In this document: in pieces, positions 26,881 through 36,177 of the stretch
Position numbering within the stretch: the stretch's first letter is position 1
How the letters are laid out: the number at the start of each line of letters is the position of its first letter
Source of the DNA: Bdellovibrionales bacterium
GTDB taxonomy: Bacteria; Bdellovibrionota; Bdellovibrionia; Bdellovibrionales; UBA1609
NCBI GenBank assembly: GCA_050249195.1
Contig: JBFWQY010000021.1
Coordinates: forward strand, 10,012 to 74,011
Direction: 5' to 3'
Length of the DNA stretch: 64,000 nucleotides
Translations under genes and position numbers: made by a program
The notes under the pieces: model-generated
Seen by the model: the letters and a program-made list of their open reading frames with translations, nothing else
Database searches by the model: none
What the model was told of the DNA's origin: nothing

Positions 26881-28214
26881 GACCCAGGCCGGAGCGCGAG
26901 CGCGAAGAGCTGGATCGTCGCCGCCGCCGCAAGCAGGTCCAGTTCGCATTCTTGTTTTCGCTCCTTGTATTCGGACTTCTTCTGATCTGGCAGAGCCGGG
27001 TGCTCGTCCTGCCCATTGCAGTAGGCGCCTTGCTGGCGTATTTATTTCGTCCCTTGAAGGATCGCTTCTATATACCCGGGCTTCCTCATGAAGCACGGGT
27101 CACACTCTTGTTCGCAGCCGTAGTCCTCATGTTCGCCGTGGGATTCTCGACGGTGCGCCAGCACATTCCAAGTGAAAAGCAAAAGCTCGAACTGAAGGTG
27201 CGGCTCAAGTACAAGTTGAACAAAAAGGCTCAAGAATTCTTAGGTGCCAAGAACACGGAAGGTCGTCCATCACCGATGGCCGCGCTGTTGGCGCGCGAGA
27301 CCGAACCCATGTTGGCTCGGATCAATGAGTTCTTGGATCTGACGCCTGAAGAGCAGGATCTCTTTTTAAGATACAGTACCGGGTATCTCGGTGAGTCCCC
27401 AATTGAAGAGCGGTTTCTGGAGTATTTTCAGGCAAATCTGAACGCGGGTGCTGCCGTTTCACGTGATCCCGCGGCCTCAACCCTGGCGCCGGCACCAGCA
27501 CCAACGCCAATGGTTACCGCCCGCACGAAAGACCCGGTGGGGGAGGCGAAGGTTCGGGAGATGACCGAGGCTCCTCATTCCACTCTAAAGGATGAGTTGT
27601 CGATCTGGATATTGGCCCCTCTTGTTTTTCTTTTCTTAGGATTCGATAACGGGCAGATCCGCCGGTACTTTATCGGGTTAATTCCCAATCGTTACTTTGA
27701 AATGTCACTAACGGTAATGGATGAACTCGACGAGGCCATCGGAGCTTACCTCCGCGGGACGGCTCTGGAATGCGGATTAGTTGGATTCACCATCGGTTTG
27801 GGACTTTTTCTTCTGGGATTTCCGTTTCCGGTCGCGATGCTGGTCGGCTTTATCTCGGGTTTAGCCAACGCGATTCCATTTCTTGGCCACCTAATCGGCG
27901 TGGTGGTTGCCGTTGGTTACGCTCTGATTGCCGAAGATCTTACGGCGATATTGCCCTTTGTAAACAACGAAAACCTTCCGATCGCCGTGATCATCGTCAT
28001 TGCGGTTGCAACTCTTTTGGACAATGTTCTATACGCACCCGTCGTGCTCGGGGGCGCCGTGCACTTGCATCCCTTGGTGGTGATTCTGGCTGTTTTTGCC
28101 GGCTCCGCTATGCTGGGGTTCTGGGGCATGTTGCTTGCGATTCCCACAGTGGTGGTCGTGAAGACCGCCGCGGAAACCCTGTATAAAGAACTCAGGGATT
28201 ACCGAATTATCTAG
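26877..28214 (+). CDS. AI-2E (PerM/UPF0118) family transporter
   Basis: 445 aa with multiple TM segments. The C-terminal pattern GL.NAIPFLGHLIG...P.VLGGAVHLHPLVVILA...GFWGMLLAIP is typical of AI-2E family members. GTGA overlap with the upstream gene. Confidence 0.7.
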   Translation: MRPRPEREREELDRRRRRKQVQFAFLFSLLVFGLLLIWQSRVLVLPIAVGALLAYLFRPLKDRFYIPGLPHEARVTLLFAAVVLMFAVGFSTVRQHIPSEKQKLELKVRLKYKLNKKAQEFLGAKNTEGRPSPMAALLARETEPMLARINEFLDLTPEEQDLFLRYSTGYLGESPIEERFLEYFQANLNAGAAVSRDPAASTLAPAPAPTPMVTARTKDPVGEAKVREMTEAPHSTLKDELSIWILAPLVFLFLGFDNGQIRRYFIGLIPNRYFEMSLTVMDELDEAIGAYLRGTALECGLVGFTIGLGLFLLGFPFPVAMLVGFISGLANAIPFLGHLIGVVVAVGYALIAEDLTAILPFVNNENLPIAVIIVIAVATLLDNVLYAPVVLGGAVHLHPLVVILAVFAGSAMLGFWGMLLAIPTVVVVKTAAETLYKELRDYRII

Positions 28215-28290
28215 TCCGATCCGCTGAATTGCGTGCTCCTTCTGCCTGTGATACTCAGCTGCCATTGATGAACATGTGAGGAGACCGCCG

Positions 28291-28776
28291 ATGCGAACAC
28301 GCGTCTATATTTTGGGTTTGGTCCTTGTCATGGGTTGGGATGCGGGCGCTCAATCCGGGCCTCAGGCCCTCTGGGATTGGGCCAATGATTTTCATCGAAT
28401 ATATATGAATCTGTCCGATTCGCTGCCGGGGCATGAAGCTTCGGTTTGGGGACGGACTGATAAGGGTGAGATCTGTCGCTTCGGAATCTATCGCGAGGGA
28501 AATTTTTTAGAGTTGAGTGTGATCCTGAATCCAGGTACCGCTAAGGAAATCTACGTTGGAACCACTGTTTGCTACGATTATGATCAGGAATGCGATCAGA
28601 TTAAGGATCTGAAAATCGGCAGCGAGGAAGTCCATCTTGAGACCATAAAAAAGTCCCGGACCTCCAGGATTGGGGTCCGCGGAAAAATGGGCGAACTGGT
28701 TGATCGTGTAACGGCGACCTCACCAAGCGTCCCTCAGGGAGTAACCTGTCAGTTTCAGGCCATTCCCACGAGCTAA
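28291..28776 (+). CDS. Hypothetical secreted protein
   Basis: ATG at 28291 has GAGGAG 6 nt upstream. Signal peptide MRTRVYILGLVLVMGWDAGAQS. No family recognised. Confidence 0.45.
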   Translation: MRTRVYILGLVLVMGWDAGAQSGPQALWDWANDFHRIYMNLSDSLPGHEASVWGRTDKGEICRFGIYREGNFLELSVILNPGTAKEIYVGTTVCYDYDQECDQIKDLKIGSEEVHLETIKKSRTSRIGVRGKMGELVDRVTATSPSVPQGVTCQFQAIPTS

Positions 28777-29379
28777 TTCCGGCTGCTCAAGAAGATTGAG
28801 GCTCCTCAAAGGCGTCAAATTTCTAATCTAATCGGCAGTGAGCTAGACCTTCGAAATAACGACCGGCTCACCGTAACATAATATAACTTATAGGGAAACA
28901 TGAATAGGACCCAACTGCGTCCATTCTACATCTCCTCCTTTGGACCACGTTCAATTCGACTAAAAGTACAAAAGTAAGTATCGAAATTAAAGTGGCCAGG
29001 AGAATTGTCTCCGTGAAGTGGAACACGCGGTTATCTTAAAACTTTTAGAATCCTCATCAGGCTTTTTCTCACGCTCAATGTGGAATGTGTCATCGTCAAT
29101 CCAGAGGTAACATGCATTCCCCCTCTTTGTTGTACCAGAATATCGGCCTTGAATTTTTTCAGGTCCGTCGATGAGGTGTACGGGTGTTCCGGGTACGGAA
29201 CCAGCAAATGGTCCTATTACGACTACTAGTGCGTTGAACGTCTAAACAAGCGCCAACTTTCGACCTCGTCCCCGACCTCTGTTCAATAATGAACATCCAT
29301 AATGGACACGGCACATAATCTGTATTGCATACGAATGTAGATTTAGAGACCTATTAAATCGTTCGAGAAGGAGCCTTAT

Positions 29380-29691
29380 ATGGCCAAGTTTTTTACAGCC
29401 GGCGCAATTTGCGCGTTCGCATTTTTGCCTTTAGCCCAGGGTGAGGAAATCCTGACCCCGTGCCAGGCTCAGACCAAGCAGGCTTTGGAAGCGCAAGTTG
29501 AGCTTAAACAGGCTCTTTCATCTGGCGACGTAAACCAAATCCAGGCGGCCGAGATCCGATTTGGCGATCGCGTCGTGATGATGCCTCAGGTCTGCTCCGA
29601 AAACTGGCATCTCTTGCTGGACGACGCTTTGTTAAGGCGACCTCGAATCTGGTCGTTAATCGATCCGGTCGGCTCGGCGTACGCGAAATAG
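29380..29691 (+). CDS. Hypothetical small secreted protein
   Basis: GAAGGAG RBS upstream of the ATG. Signal peptide MAKFFTAGAICAFAFLPLAQG. Confidence 0.45.
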   Translation: MAKFFTAGAICAFAFLPLAQGEEILTPCQAQTKQALEAQVELKQALSSGDVNQIQAAEIRFGDRVVMMPQVCSENWHLLLDDALLRRPRIWSLIDPVGSAYAK

Positions 29692-29724
29692 ATCCGTCAT
29701 CAACCTCAACGCGTCTGCAGAAAC

Positions 29725-30300
29725 TTAACGCTTCGTAAGCCCCACGAAATACGTTTCGAAGCTACCCTTGCGGACCGCTTCGGGTTTGAAACGTTTGACC
29801 TGATTGAACAGGGCCTGCATTCGCCTGGAGATCGTCTCCGCGTCGGGGCCTTCGAAAAGTTTAAGTACCAGATGTCCGCCCGTTCGCAAATGCGATTCGG
29901 CGAGGTTCAGAACCTGATCGCACAGCTCAAAACTTCGGGACTGATCGACATTGCGCACGCCCGTTGTGTTGGGCGCCATATCGCTGAGCATACAGTCCAC
30001 GCCACGTCCTTCGAGAACTTCCGGTTCAAACTGAAAGGCGTCCATGCGATAGAACTTCGCATTGGGAAGTTTCAAAGTGATGTCTTTTAGGTCCAGGCCC
30101 ACAATACGACCTTGGGGCCCTACGGCTTTGCTTGCGACTTGGCTCCAGGCTCCAGGCGCGGCGCCCAGATCCAGCACAAAGCTCCCCTGACGGATCAGTT
30201 TGTACTTCTTCTGCAACTCATCGAGTTTATAAGCAGAGCGCGCCAAAAAGCCCTCTGCCTTGGCTTTGTGAAAGAACCTGTCCTTGCGCTCAAACGTCAT
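29725..30300 (-). CDS. rlmE: 23S rRNA (uridine-2'-O)-methyltransferase RlmE/FtsJ
   Basis: RSAYKLDELQKKYKLIRQGSFVLDLGAAPGAWSQV, MLSDMAPNTTG and LVLKLFEG match RlmE. Confidence 0.85.
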   Translation of the reverse strand: MTFERKDRFFHKAKAEGFLARSAYKLDELQKKYKLIRQGSFVLDLGAAPGAWSQVASKAVGPQGRIVGLDLKDITLKLPNAKFYRMDAFQFEPEVLEGRGVDCMLSDMAPNTTGVRNVDQSRSFELCDQVLNLAESHLRTGGHLVLKLFEGPDAETISRRMQALFNQVKRFKPEAVRKGSFETYFVGLTKR

Positions 30301-30315
30301 ATGGCAGTGGCTATA

Positions 30316-30669
30316 TCATTCCCGCCGGCTTTTCTGAATCAGAATAAAGAGAATCACACTCGCGGCAACGGAGACCAAGGTGACCTTGATCCACAAAGGA
30401 AAATCCCTAAAGATCACGGCGTAACTTATGCTGCTTGAAATACACACGACCGCCAGAATCTTGGACTGCCAGCGAATCACACGGTGCTGGCGCCAGTCCC
30501 TGAGTGGCGGGCCAAGCCACCTATGTTGAAGAAGCCAGTCGTGAAGCCGGGGGGAGCCACGTTCAAAGCAATACGCGGCAACTAAGAGAAATGGAACGGT
30601 CGGCATTATGGGCAACAGCAGACCAATGGCTCCGATTGCGACAAAGATCCAGCCCAAAACAAGCCACAT
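30316..30669 (-). CDS. ybaN: DUF454/YbaN family inner-membrane protein
   Basis: LLPIMPTVPFLLVAAYCFERGSPRLHDWLLQHRWLGPPLRDW is the YbaN signature. Confidence 0.8.
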   Translation of the reverse strand: MWLVLGWIFVAIGAIGLLLPIMPTVPFLLVAAYCFERGSPRLHDWLLQHRWLGPPLRDWRQHRVIRWQSKILAVVCISSSISYAVIFRDFPLWIKVTLVSVAASVILFILIQKSRRE

Positions 30670-30752
30670 CTGCCAAGTCTAGCCTGAAGCCAGACCGAAG
30701 TCCATCAACCAAACCAACGCGGAATCCGATCAGATTCAGGGGAGTTGCGAGT

Positions 30753-31337
30753 ATGGAAATTCTGTGGAGTCTTTACAACAGGTTCGAAAAGCTGCGGGTC
30801 GATGATCTCACAGCGGCTCAAGTTCGTATGATTCTTTTGGCGATTCCCACTGCCCGACTGCCGGATTGGTATGCCTGTCGCGAAGGCGAAGTCCATTGGC
30901 ACCCGTTAAGCTCGATCCCTGAGTTCTATGAGGATGTGCGCGACATCAAAGGGGCCGGTATACCTTTGCAACACTTGACTCCGCCTCGGCGTCCCTTGTT
31001 TGAAGATCCACCTGACGGACTGGTGACTGACACCTCTTTGACCGTGGACTTGGCTGAGACCCAGGAACGCCGCAACGCCCGACGGTACATGCGCCAGTTC
31101 TCGTTTCGGGTGACCTCTGAAACCAGTGAATTCAACACCCATACGGTCGACATCTCGATGAGTGGAATTGCTCTGAAAGACGAGTTGCCAGAATGGGTGC
31201 CGCGCGTTTTTCGCGCGAGCTTGGAGAATAAGGGACGATCGATTCAGGTGATGTGCGCCCGTGTGGACGGTTACAAAGTTCAGCTTCGGGAGGCCGAGAG
31301 CTGGGAACAGCTGCGCCAATGGATTGCATCATGGTGA
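30753..31337 (+). CDS. PilZ domain protein (c-di-GMP receptor family)
   Basis: ATG at 30753 (MEILWSLYNRF...). PilZ motifs RRNAR (RxxxR) and DISMSGI (DxSxxG) ~25 aa apart. The upstream part of the track ORF overlaps ybaN antisense. Confidence 0.7.
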   Translation: MEILWSLYNRFEKLRVDDLTAAQVRMILLAIPTARLPDWYACREGEVHWHPLSSIPEFYEDVRDIKGAGIPLQHLTPPRRPLFEDPPDGLVTDTSLTVDLAETQERRNARRYMRQFSFRVTSETSEFNTHTVDISMSGIALKDELPEWVPRVFRASLENKGRSIQVMCARVDGYKVQLREAESWEQLRQWIASW

Positions 31338-31350
31338 TGGAGCATTAATT

Positions 31351-32055
31351 ATGGGCTGGAAGAGAAAACAACTCATCATTGATCAGGGTTCTCAGGTCCA
31401 TGCGCTGGCGATGCGTCTTGGAGTTTGGCACCGCCGGCACCCGCGGCTCTTCTATCCCGATACTTCAGTGGACCTTCTTCCGACAATCGAGTTTCGGGAG
31501 CAGCCTCTGAAGGTGGTGGACATCAGCGTGGGTGGCTGCTGCCTGCTTGACCCTGAGGAGCATTTGGGCCCGCGTGTGGGACAGGAAGCAATCTTGAATC
31601 TCAAGTGGCGAGACGCCGAAAACATCCCCGTGCGCGCCCGCCTCGTCTCGCGTGTGGATCACCGGCGCCATTTTCAATTTCTTGATCTCCCCATGCATTC
31701 CGCGTTCACGCTGAATTCCGTTGCGAGCGTGGCTGTTAGAGCCCATTCGGTTCGGAGGTCTCAATCTCCCGCGGAGTCAGGACCCACTCTTCTCGCGCGC
31801 GAAATCTGGTGTTCCGCGCGTGGCGACGGTGTGGCCTTACTAGACCATGCTCAGGAAATGGCCATTGTGAACTTCGCAAACCATAGGATTCATGTTTGGC
31901 GTGAGAAATGGCCCATGACAGAAGATGGAAAAAAGTTTGGCCGGGTTCAGATGGGAGAACTCCTGGTCTTCCTTGCAAACATCCCCTGCCCTGGCGTGGC
32001 CCTGCGCGAACTGAGTGCGGTTACAGGCCGCATTTACACGGTGAATGCGCCATGA
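31351..32055 (+). CDS. PilZ domain protein (second copy)
   Basis: ATG at 31351 (MGWKRKQLIID...). RRHPR (RxxxR) and DISVGGC (DxSxxG). 13-nt gap after the first PilZ gene. Confidence 0.65.
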   Translation: MGWKRKQLIIDQGSQVHALAMRLGVWHRRHPRLFYPDTSVDLLPTIEFREQPLKVVDISVGGCCLLDPEEHLGPRVGQEAILNLKWRDAENIPVRARLVSRVDHRRHFQFLDLPMHSAFTLNSVASVAVRAHSVRRSQSPAESGPTLLAREIWCSARGDGVALLDHAQEMAIVNFANHRIHVWREKWPMTEDGKKFGRVQMGELLVFLANIPCPGVALRELSAVTGRIYTVNAP

Positions 32056-34118
32056 TCTCCACCCTCGAGAACTTCCGCCCTAAACTTCGCAGCGGACAGG
32101 TCCTTCCCCAGGGTTCTCGAATTATTTTTGAAACCGAGAACCCTTACAACCAAATCGTTCTTCCCGTTGAACTTGCGGATCTCGTTCTTTTGTGTGGCGG
32201 CCAATTCACGATCCGAGAGATCATAGAAAAGATCTACAAGAAGCAGGGATCTGTCCCTTTCAAATCCGTTCTGACCGCCGTACATCTTTTACAGCAAGGC
32301 GGTTTCTTTGAAAATGGTGACGAACTCATTCTCAGCTCCCATTTGCGCTCCTGGATGGAACCGCGACGCAGCCGATTGCATTTCTCCTGGCGCTTCGGCC
32401 AGCGAATCGTATCCGCTGGCCAATACCCGCGGGTATATTATCTAGCGACCCTTGCGTTGTTAGTTGTGTCCATACTGGGACTACAGTTCCTTCCCTCCTC
32501 CCCTCTGACTCTCGCACGAGATTGGCTTGATCGAATGCCTCCAGGAACGGCTTTTCTGCAGGCTTTCTTGGTGGGTTCCGCGTTACAGACGTGGCGTTAT
32601 CTTGTGGCCGGCACTCAGCTTCTACTTCTCACAGGCCGCGCTTATAACGTGTCTCTGCGACTGAGCCCCTGGGGCCTTCATCTTCATATCGGAGATGAAG
32701 CCAACATCCTCTTCGATCACAAGCTGTTTACGGCCATGTTTCATTTCAGCCAAATTCTTTCACCATGGGCTGTTGCAGGGTTGGCTTCGGTGATGCTACC
32801 TTCAAACGTTTTTACCGTCATTCTCGTGATCAGCACGTTCATTACGGTTTGGGAACTAAACCCTTATGTGAACAGTGAAATTCGAAAGCTGATCCGGGTC
32901 CTGCTCTCATCTGAGGAGCGGGATGTGGTGTCTTGGCATTTTGAAACCAGCACCTTAATCAACTCCATGAACCCTGAGACCCGGCGCCAAGAGAGGCGAT
33001 TTATCCGATTGTGCACTCTTGGTGGCGTAGTCTGGTTGACATTGATATTCGCACTCTTGCATCAGGCTGCAATCACGTTCGGGCCCTCGATTCTCAAGCG
33101 CCTCGTGCATTTTGATCTTGCCACGATCCCATCCGCATTTGGTTTGGTCGCATGGTTAATCACTCTTTATCTTGTCGTGCAGACGCTCGTCGAAACGGTG
33201 ACCCGGGACTTGATTCGTCCAGCCTGGATGGCGTGTGAGGTCTGGTGGAAAAAGCGGAGGATGTTAAAACACCTCAACTGGTCTCAGCCGATCATTTCCA
33301 AACGCGTTGAAGCCCTTCCGCTTTTTTCTCACTTCCATGAGCAGTATTTGAGTATGATTATACAGGACTCAGAACTCCTCTCCTTCGCCGCAAATCAAAC
33401 GATAATCCGCCAAGGGGCACCGGCCCGAGATCTTTTCGTTCTCCTCGAAGGTCAGGTGGAAATCATTCGCATGTCCCCCGTTGGTCATGAGGAGTGGATT
33501 AGCGAGCTGAGCGCGGTCTCCGTCTTTGGAGAGTCCGCTCTCCTTGACGAACTTCCGCGCATGGCCCAGGTTCTCACACGTAAGGGATGTGTGGTTTTAC
33601 GAGTACCCGTCGCCACTTTACGCCGAGTGGCTCTCGAAGCCCAATCGGTGCGCCAGCTCGAAGTCTTTCGTAACGCCATAATGGTCAACCAGTTCTTCGC
33701 TTCCTCGCCGGTTTTCCGAAGTCTCTCTTATGAATCCATTGAGTTTCTGTCCAGCCGAGGGACACTGGAATATTTTGATAAACATCAGCGCGTGTTTCAC
33801 CAAGGCGATACGAGCGACTCTCTTTATTTGATTCTCCGGGGAAGTGTGAGCGTGGAGATCAATGGATCTCTTGTCAAACGTCTCACCCAGGGAAGCTTCT
33901 TTGGAGAAATCGCTTTGATTGCGAATATTCCGCGGACCGCCAGCATTACGACCGCCGAACCGTGCGTGTTCTTTAAAATCAGTTCTGACGCGTTTTGGGA
34001 GGTCCTGGTTCAACATATGGATCTGGGCGTGTTTATCGAAACTGTGTCAGAAAGCCGGCTGCGTGAGGATCTGGCCCTGTCAATCCCGCCACGCCGGACC
34101 GGGTCTGACTCATTCTGA
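32052..34118 (+). CDS. Polytopic membrane protein with two C-terminal cyclic-nucleotide-binding domains
   Basis: ATG at 32052 forms an ATGA overlap with the PilZ-2 stop. The middle ~350 aa contains multiple hydrophobic helices. Two CNB signatures: VFGESALLDELPRMAQV and FFGEIALIANIPRTASI. Confidence 0.75.
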   Translation: MISTLENFRPKLRSGQVLPQGSRIIFETENPYNQIVLPVELADLVLLCGGQFTIREIIEKIYKKQGSVPFKSVLTAVHLLQQGGFFENGDELILSSHLRSWMEPRRSRLHFSWRFGQRIVSAGQYPRVYYLATLALLVVSILGLQFLPSSPLTLARDWLDRMPPGTAFLQAFLVGSALQTWRYLVAGTQLLLLTGRAYNVSLRLSPWGLHLHIGDEANILFDHKLFTAMFHFSQILSPWAVAGLASVMLPSNVFTVILVISTFITVWELNPYVNSEIRKLIRVLLSSEERDVVSWHFETSTLINSMNPETRRQERRFIRLCTLGGVVWLTLIFALLHQAAITFGPSILKRLVHFDLATIPSAFGLVAWLITLYLVVQTLVETVTRDLIRPAWMACEVWWKKRRMLKHLNWSQPIISKRVEALPLFSHFHEQYLSMIIQDSELLSFAANQTIIRQGAPARDLFVLLEGQVEIIRMSPVGHEEWISELSAVSVFGESALLDELPRMAQVLTRKGCVVLRVPVATLRRVALEAQSVRQLEVFRNAIMVNQFFASSPVFRSLSYESIEFLSSRGTLEYFDKHQRVFHQGDTSDSLYLILRGSVSVEINGSLVKRLTQGSFFGEIALIANIPRTASITTAEPCVFFKISSDAFWEVLVQHMDLGVFIETVSESRLREDLALSIPPRRTGSDSF

Positions 34119-34217
34119 GACGGATCATGATCGAACACAACGCCTGGATATGTGACTTAAAGGGAGCTGTGGTAAAGTGAAACGTAGAGGATTAAGACTG
34201 ACGGAAGAGAGGGTGGA

Positions 34218-35804
34218 GTGAAACGCGAGTTCATTCGTGCATGGCCTGTCGTTGGCCTTCTCTTTATTCCTTTTATTTATAACTCCTGCCAGGGAGGGTT
34301 GTTTGGATCGAAGGGATTTTCTTCGTCCAAATCGGAATGCAAATTGGTTTTGGAAAAGGGAGCGGTAACGAAGCTGGATCCCAATCAGGCTCCCCCAGCG
34401 GGAGTGTTTGATCAAAAAAAGGTGAGACTACGCGACGATCTGGATCCCAATTCCGCAATGGCCAAAGCCTCCGCGCCACTCGAACTTGCGGCGGGCGATC
34501 GATTAGGTGTGATAATAAATAATCGTTGTCTGGCCGATCCTGAAACAGATGTGAATAACACCACCATTACTAAGGCGGCCTTCGACTCCGGCGAGACACT
34601 TGCAGAGCTGGACCGCCAGGCTTATGAGTGGGTGCTCGACCGTAATTACGAGGAAACCGAAATCGAGTCTCTCGCTGCATCCGAAGCCTGCGTGGTGGGC
34701 CTGAGTTGGAACAAAGAATACCGGGTGCAGTCCTTCAATGACTCGGGCCTGCTTTACCAAACCCACTTAGCGGCGATTCGCGCGGACGAATCGTATCCCC
34801 TATTTTATAACTCGGGCGGAGGAATGAGTACGACCGGGTCCCCTGTCACTATCGCTGTCGTGGATACAGGAGTCGATTACCAACACACCGACCTGGTGAA
34901 TAACATGTGGGCTCACACCAACGGCGTCGGAATTGATATCACGACTCTGAACACGAACCTCGTTGATTATAATCCCTTTGATGCCTCAGATATAGGCCAT
35001 GGAACTCATGTCGCCGGTCTGATCGCGGCGGTCAGCAACAACAACCAAGGAATTATGGGCACCATGCCCCACCGGGCCAGAATCATGGCCATTAAGGTCT
35101 TCGAGCTCGACGAGGATGATGAATTGGTCACATCCTCACAGCACGTTTACAATGCGATCCGGTTTGCCTACCTGAACGGTGCCGACGTGGTCAACGTCAG
35201 CCTGGGGTCCATTACGGACGGGGCTTCGACCGACTCCGTGGCGGAAGCTGGCGTGGACGAAGCGATTGCTGATGGCGTGGTCGTTGTTACGGTGATCGGC
35301 AATGCCAGCGGCAACGACGATGGTGAGTTGATCAATGGAACCACATTGTCGTCCATTCCTGGACAATTTGCGACAAAGGCCGGTGTTCTTGGGGTGGGAT
35401 CCATTGACGTGAACACAGGTCAAAAGAGTTTCTTCAGCCATTACAGTCCGACCTATGCGGAGATCGCGGCTCCGGGGGCGGAGGAGGGTTCAACCGGAAT
35501 CTACTCCACTCTCCCGGGCGCCTTGAGTTCTTATGGGCGCTTAGCTGGGACCAGTCAGGCCGCACCTCTTGTCTCGGCCGCCGCCGGAATGGTGATTGGA
35601 ATTCTGCGCGAAGCGTATAATGTCAGTCCCACTCCCGCGGAGGTGGAGCGCCTGATTCTTGCCTCCGCGGTTAAAGACCCGGCCCTCACCACCTACTTTA
35701 AGCAGGGAAATCGCCTGGATTTGCTGAATCTCGCGCGCCGGGTTCAGACGGACTATCCCCTTACACGCACCGGGGGCTCAGCCGCGCTACCATGTGTGCG
35801 ATAA
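34218..35804 (+). CDS. Subtilisin-like serine protease (S8), lipoprotein/secreted
   Basis: D-H-S triad blocks IAVVDTGVDYQHTDL, GHGTHVAGLIAA and GTSQAAPLVSAAAG. GTG start with a hydrophobic N-terminus ending NSC. Confidence 0.85.
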   Translation: MKREFIRAWPVVGLLFIPFIYNSCQGGLFGSKGFSSSKSECKLVLEKGAVTKLDPNQAPPAGVFDQKKVRLRDDLDPNSAMAKASAPLELAAGDRLGVIINNRCLADPETDVNNTTITKAAFDSGETLAELDRQAYEWVLDRNYEETEIESLAASEACVVGLSWNKEYRVQSFNDSGLLYQTHLAAIRADESYPLFYNSGGGMSTTGSPVTIAVVDTGVDYQHTDLVNNMWAHTNGVGIDITTLNTNLVDYNPFDASDIGHGTHVAGLIAAVSNNNQGIMGTMPHRARIMAIKVFELDEDDELVTSSQHVYNAIRFAYLNGADVVNVSLGSITDGASTDSVAEAGVDEAIADGVVVVTVIGNASGNDDGELINGTTLSSIPGQFATKAGVLGVGSIDVNTGQKSFFSHYSPTYAEIAAPGAEEGSTGIYSTLPGALSSYGRLAGTSQAAPLVSAAAGMVIGILREAYNVSPTPAEVERLILASAVKDPALTTYFKQGNRLDLLNLARRVQTDYPLTRTGGSAALPCVR

Positions 35805-36121
35805 ATAAAGCTGACCCCGAATTCGCGATCAAGGCGGACCTCACGCACGTGTTCCAATCCGGACGCCAGAAGCTCGTTGTAAATCCATTGACAAAGACCT
35901 GAGGCCTGACGAGGCACTTGAGAACCCCGGCCTTTCGCCAGGTTTTGATGATCCACGCGAGCGAGCACCCGGGTGCAGATCTCCTCGGCCCGACTTTCAT
36001 CCCACTCGGCCTTAAGATCGATGCCAATTTTCACCCAAGCATTGCAGCCCATGACCGCGGATGATGACTCTGATTGACATGCAAAGGCCACGAACTTGCA
36101 CAAGAAAACCAACTGCTGCAC
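35753..36121 (-). CDS. PTPS/QueD-fold protein lacking the zinc-ligand histidines (possible pseudoenzyme or decayed paralog)
   Basis: The C-terminal half, ARVDHQNLAKG...ASGLCQWIYNEL...VREVRLDREFGVSFIY, aligns with QueD (RLDHHYLN...EVLAKWIW...VKETCTAGCIY). At the N-terminus, FVAFACQ and GCNAWVKIGIDL replace F.F.AAH and HGH.F.V.L. The 3' end overlaps the S8 gene by 52 nt (convergent). Confidence 0.4.
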   Translation of the reverse strand: MQQLVFLCKFVAFACQSESSSAVMGCNAWVKIGIDLKAEWDESRAEEICTRVLARVDHQNLAKGRGSQVPRQASGLCQWIYNELLASGLEHVREVRLDREFGVSFIYRTHGSAAEPPVRVRG

Positions 36122-36177
36122 GAATCTTTGCTATCACGACGTTTGACTGAGGTCCATACCTCGCCCACAATAGGGGG

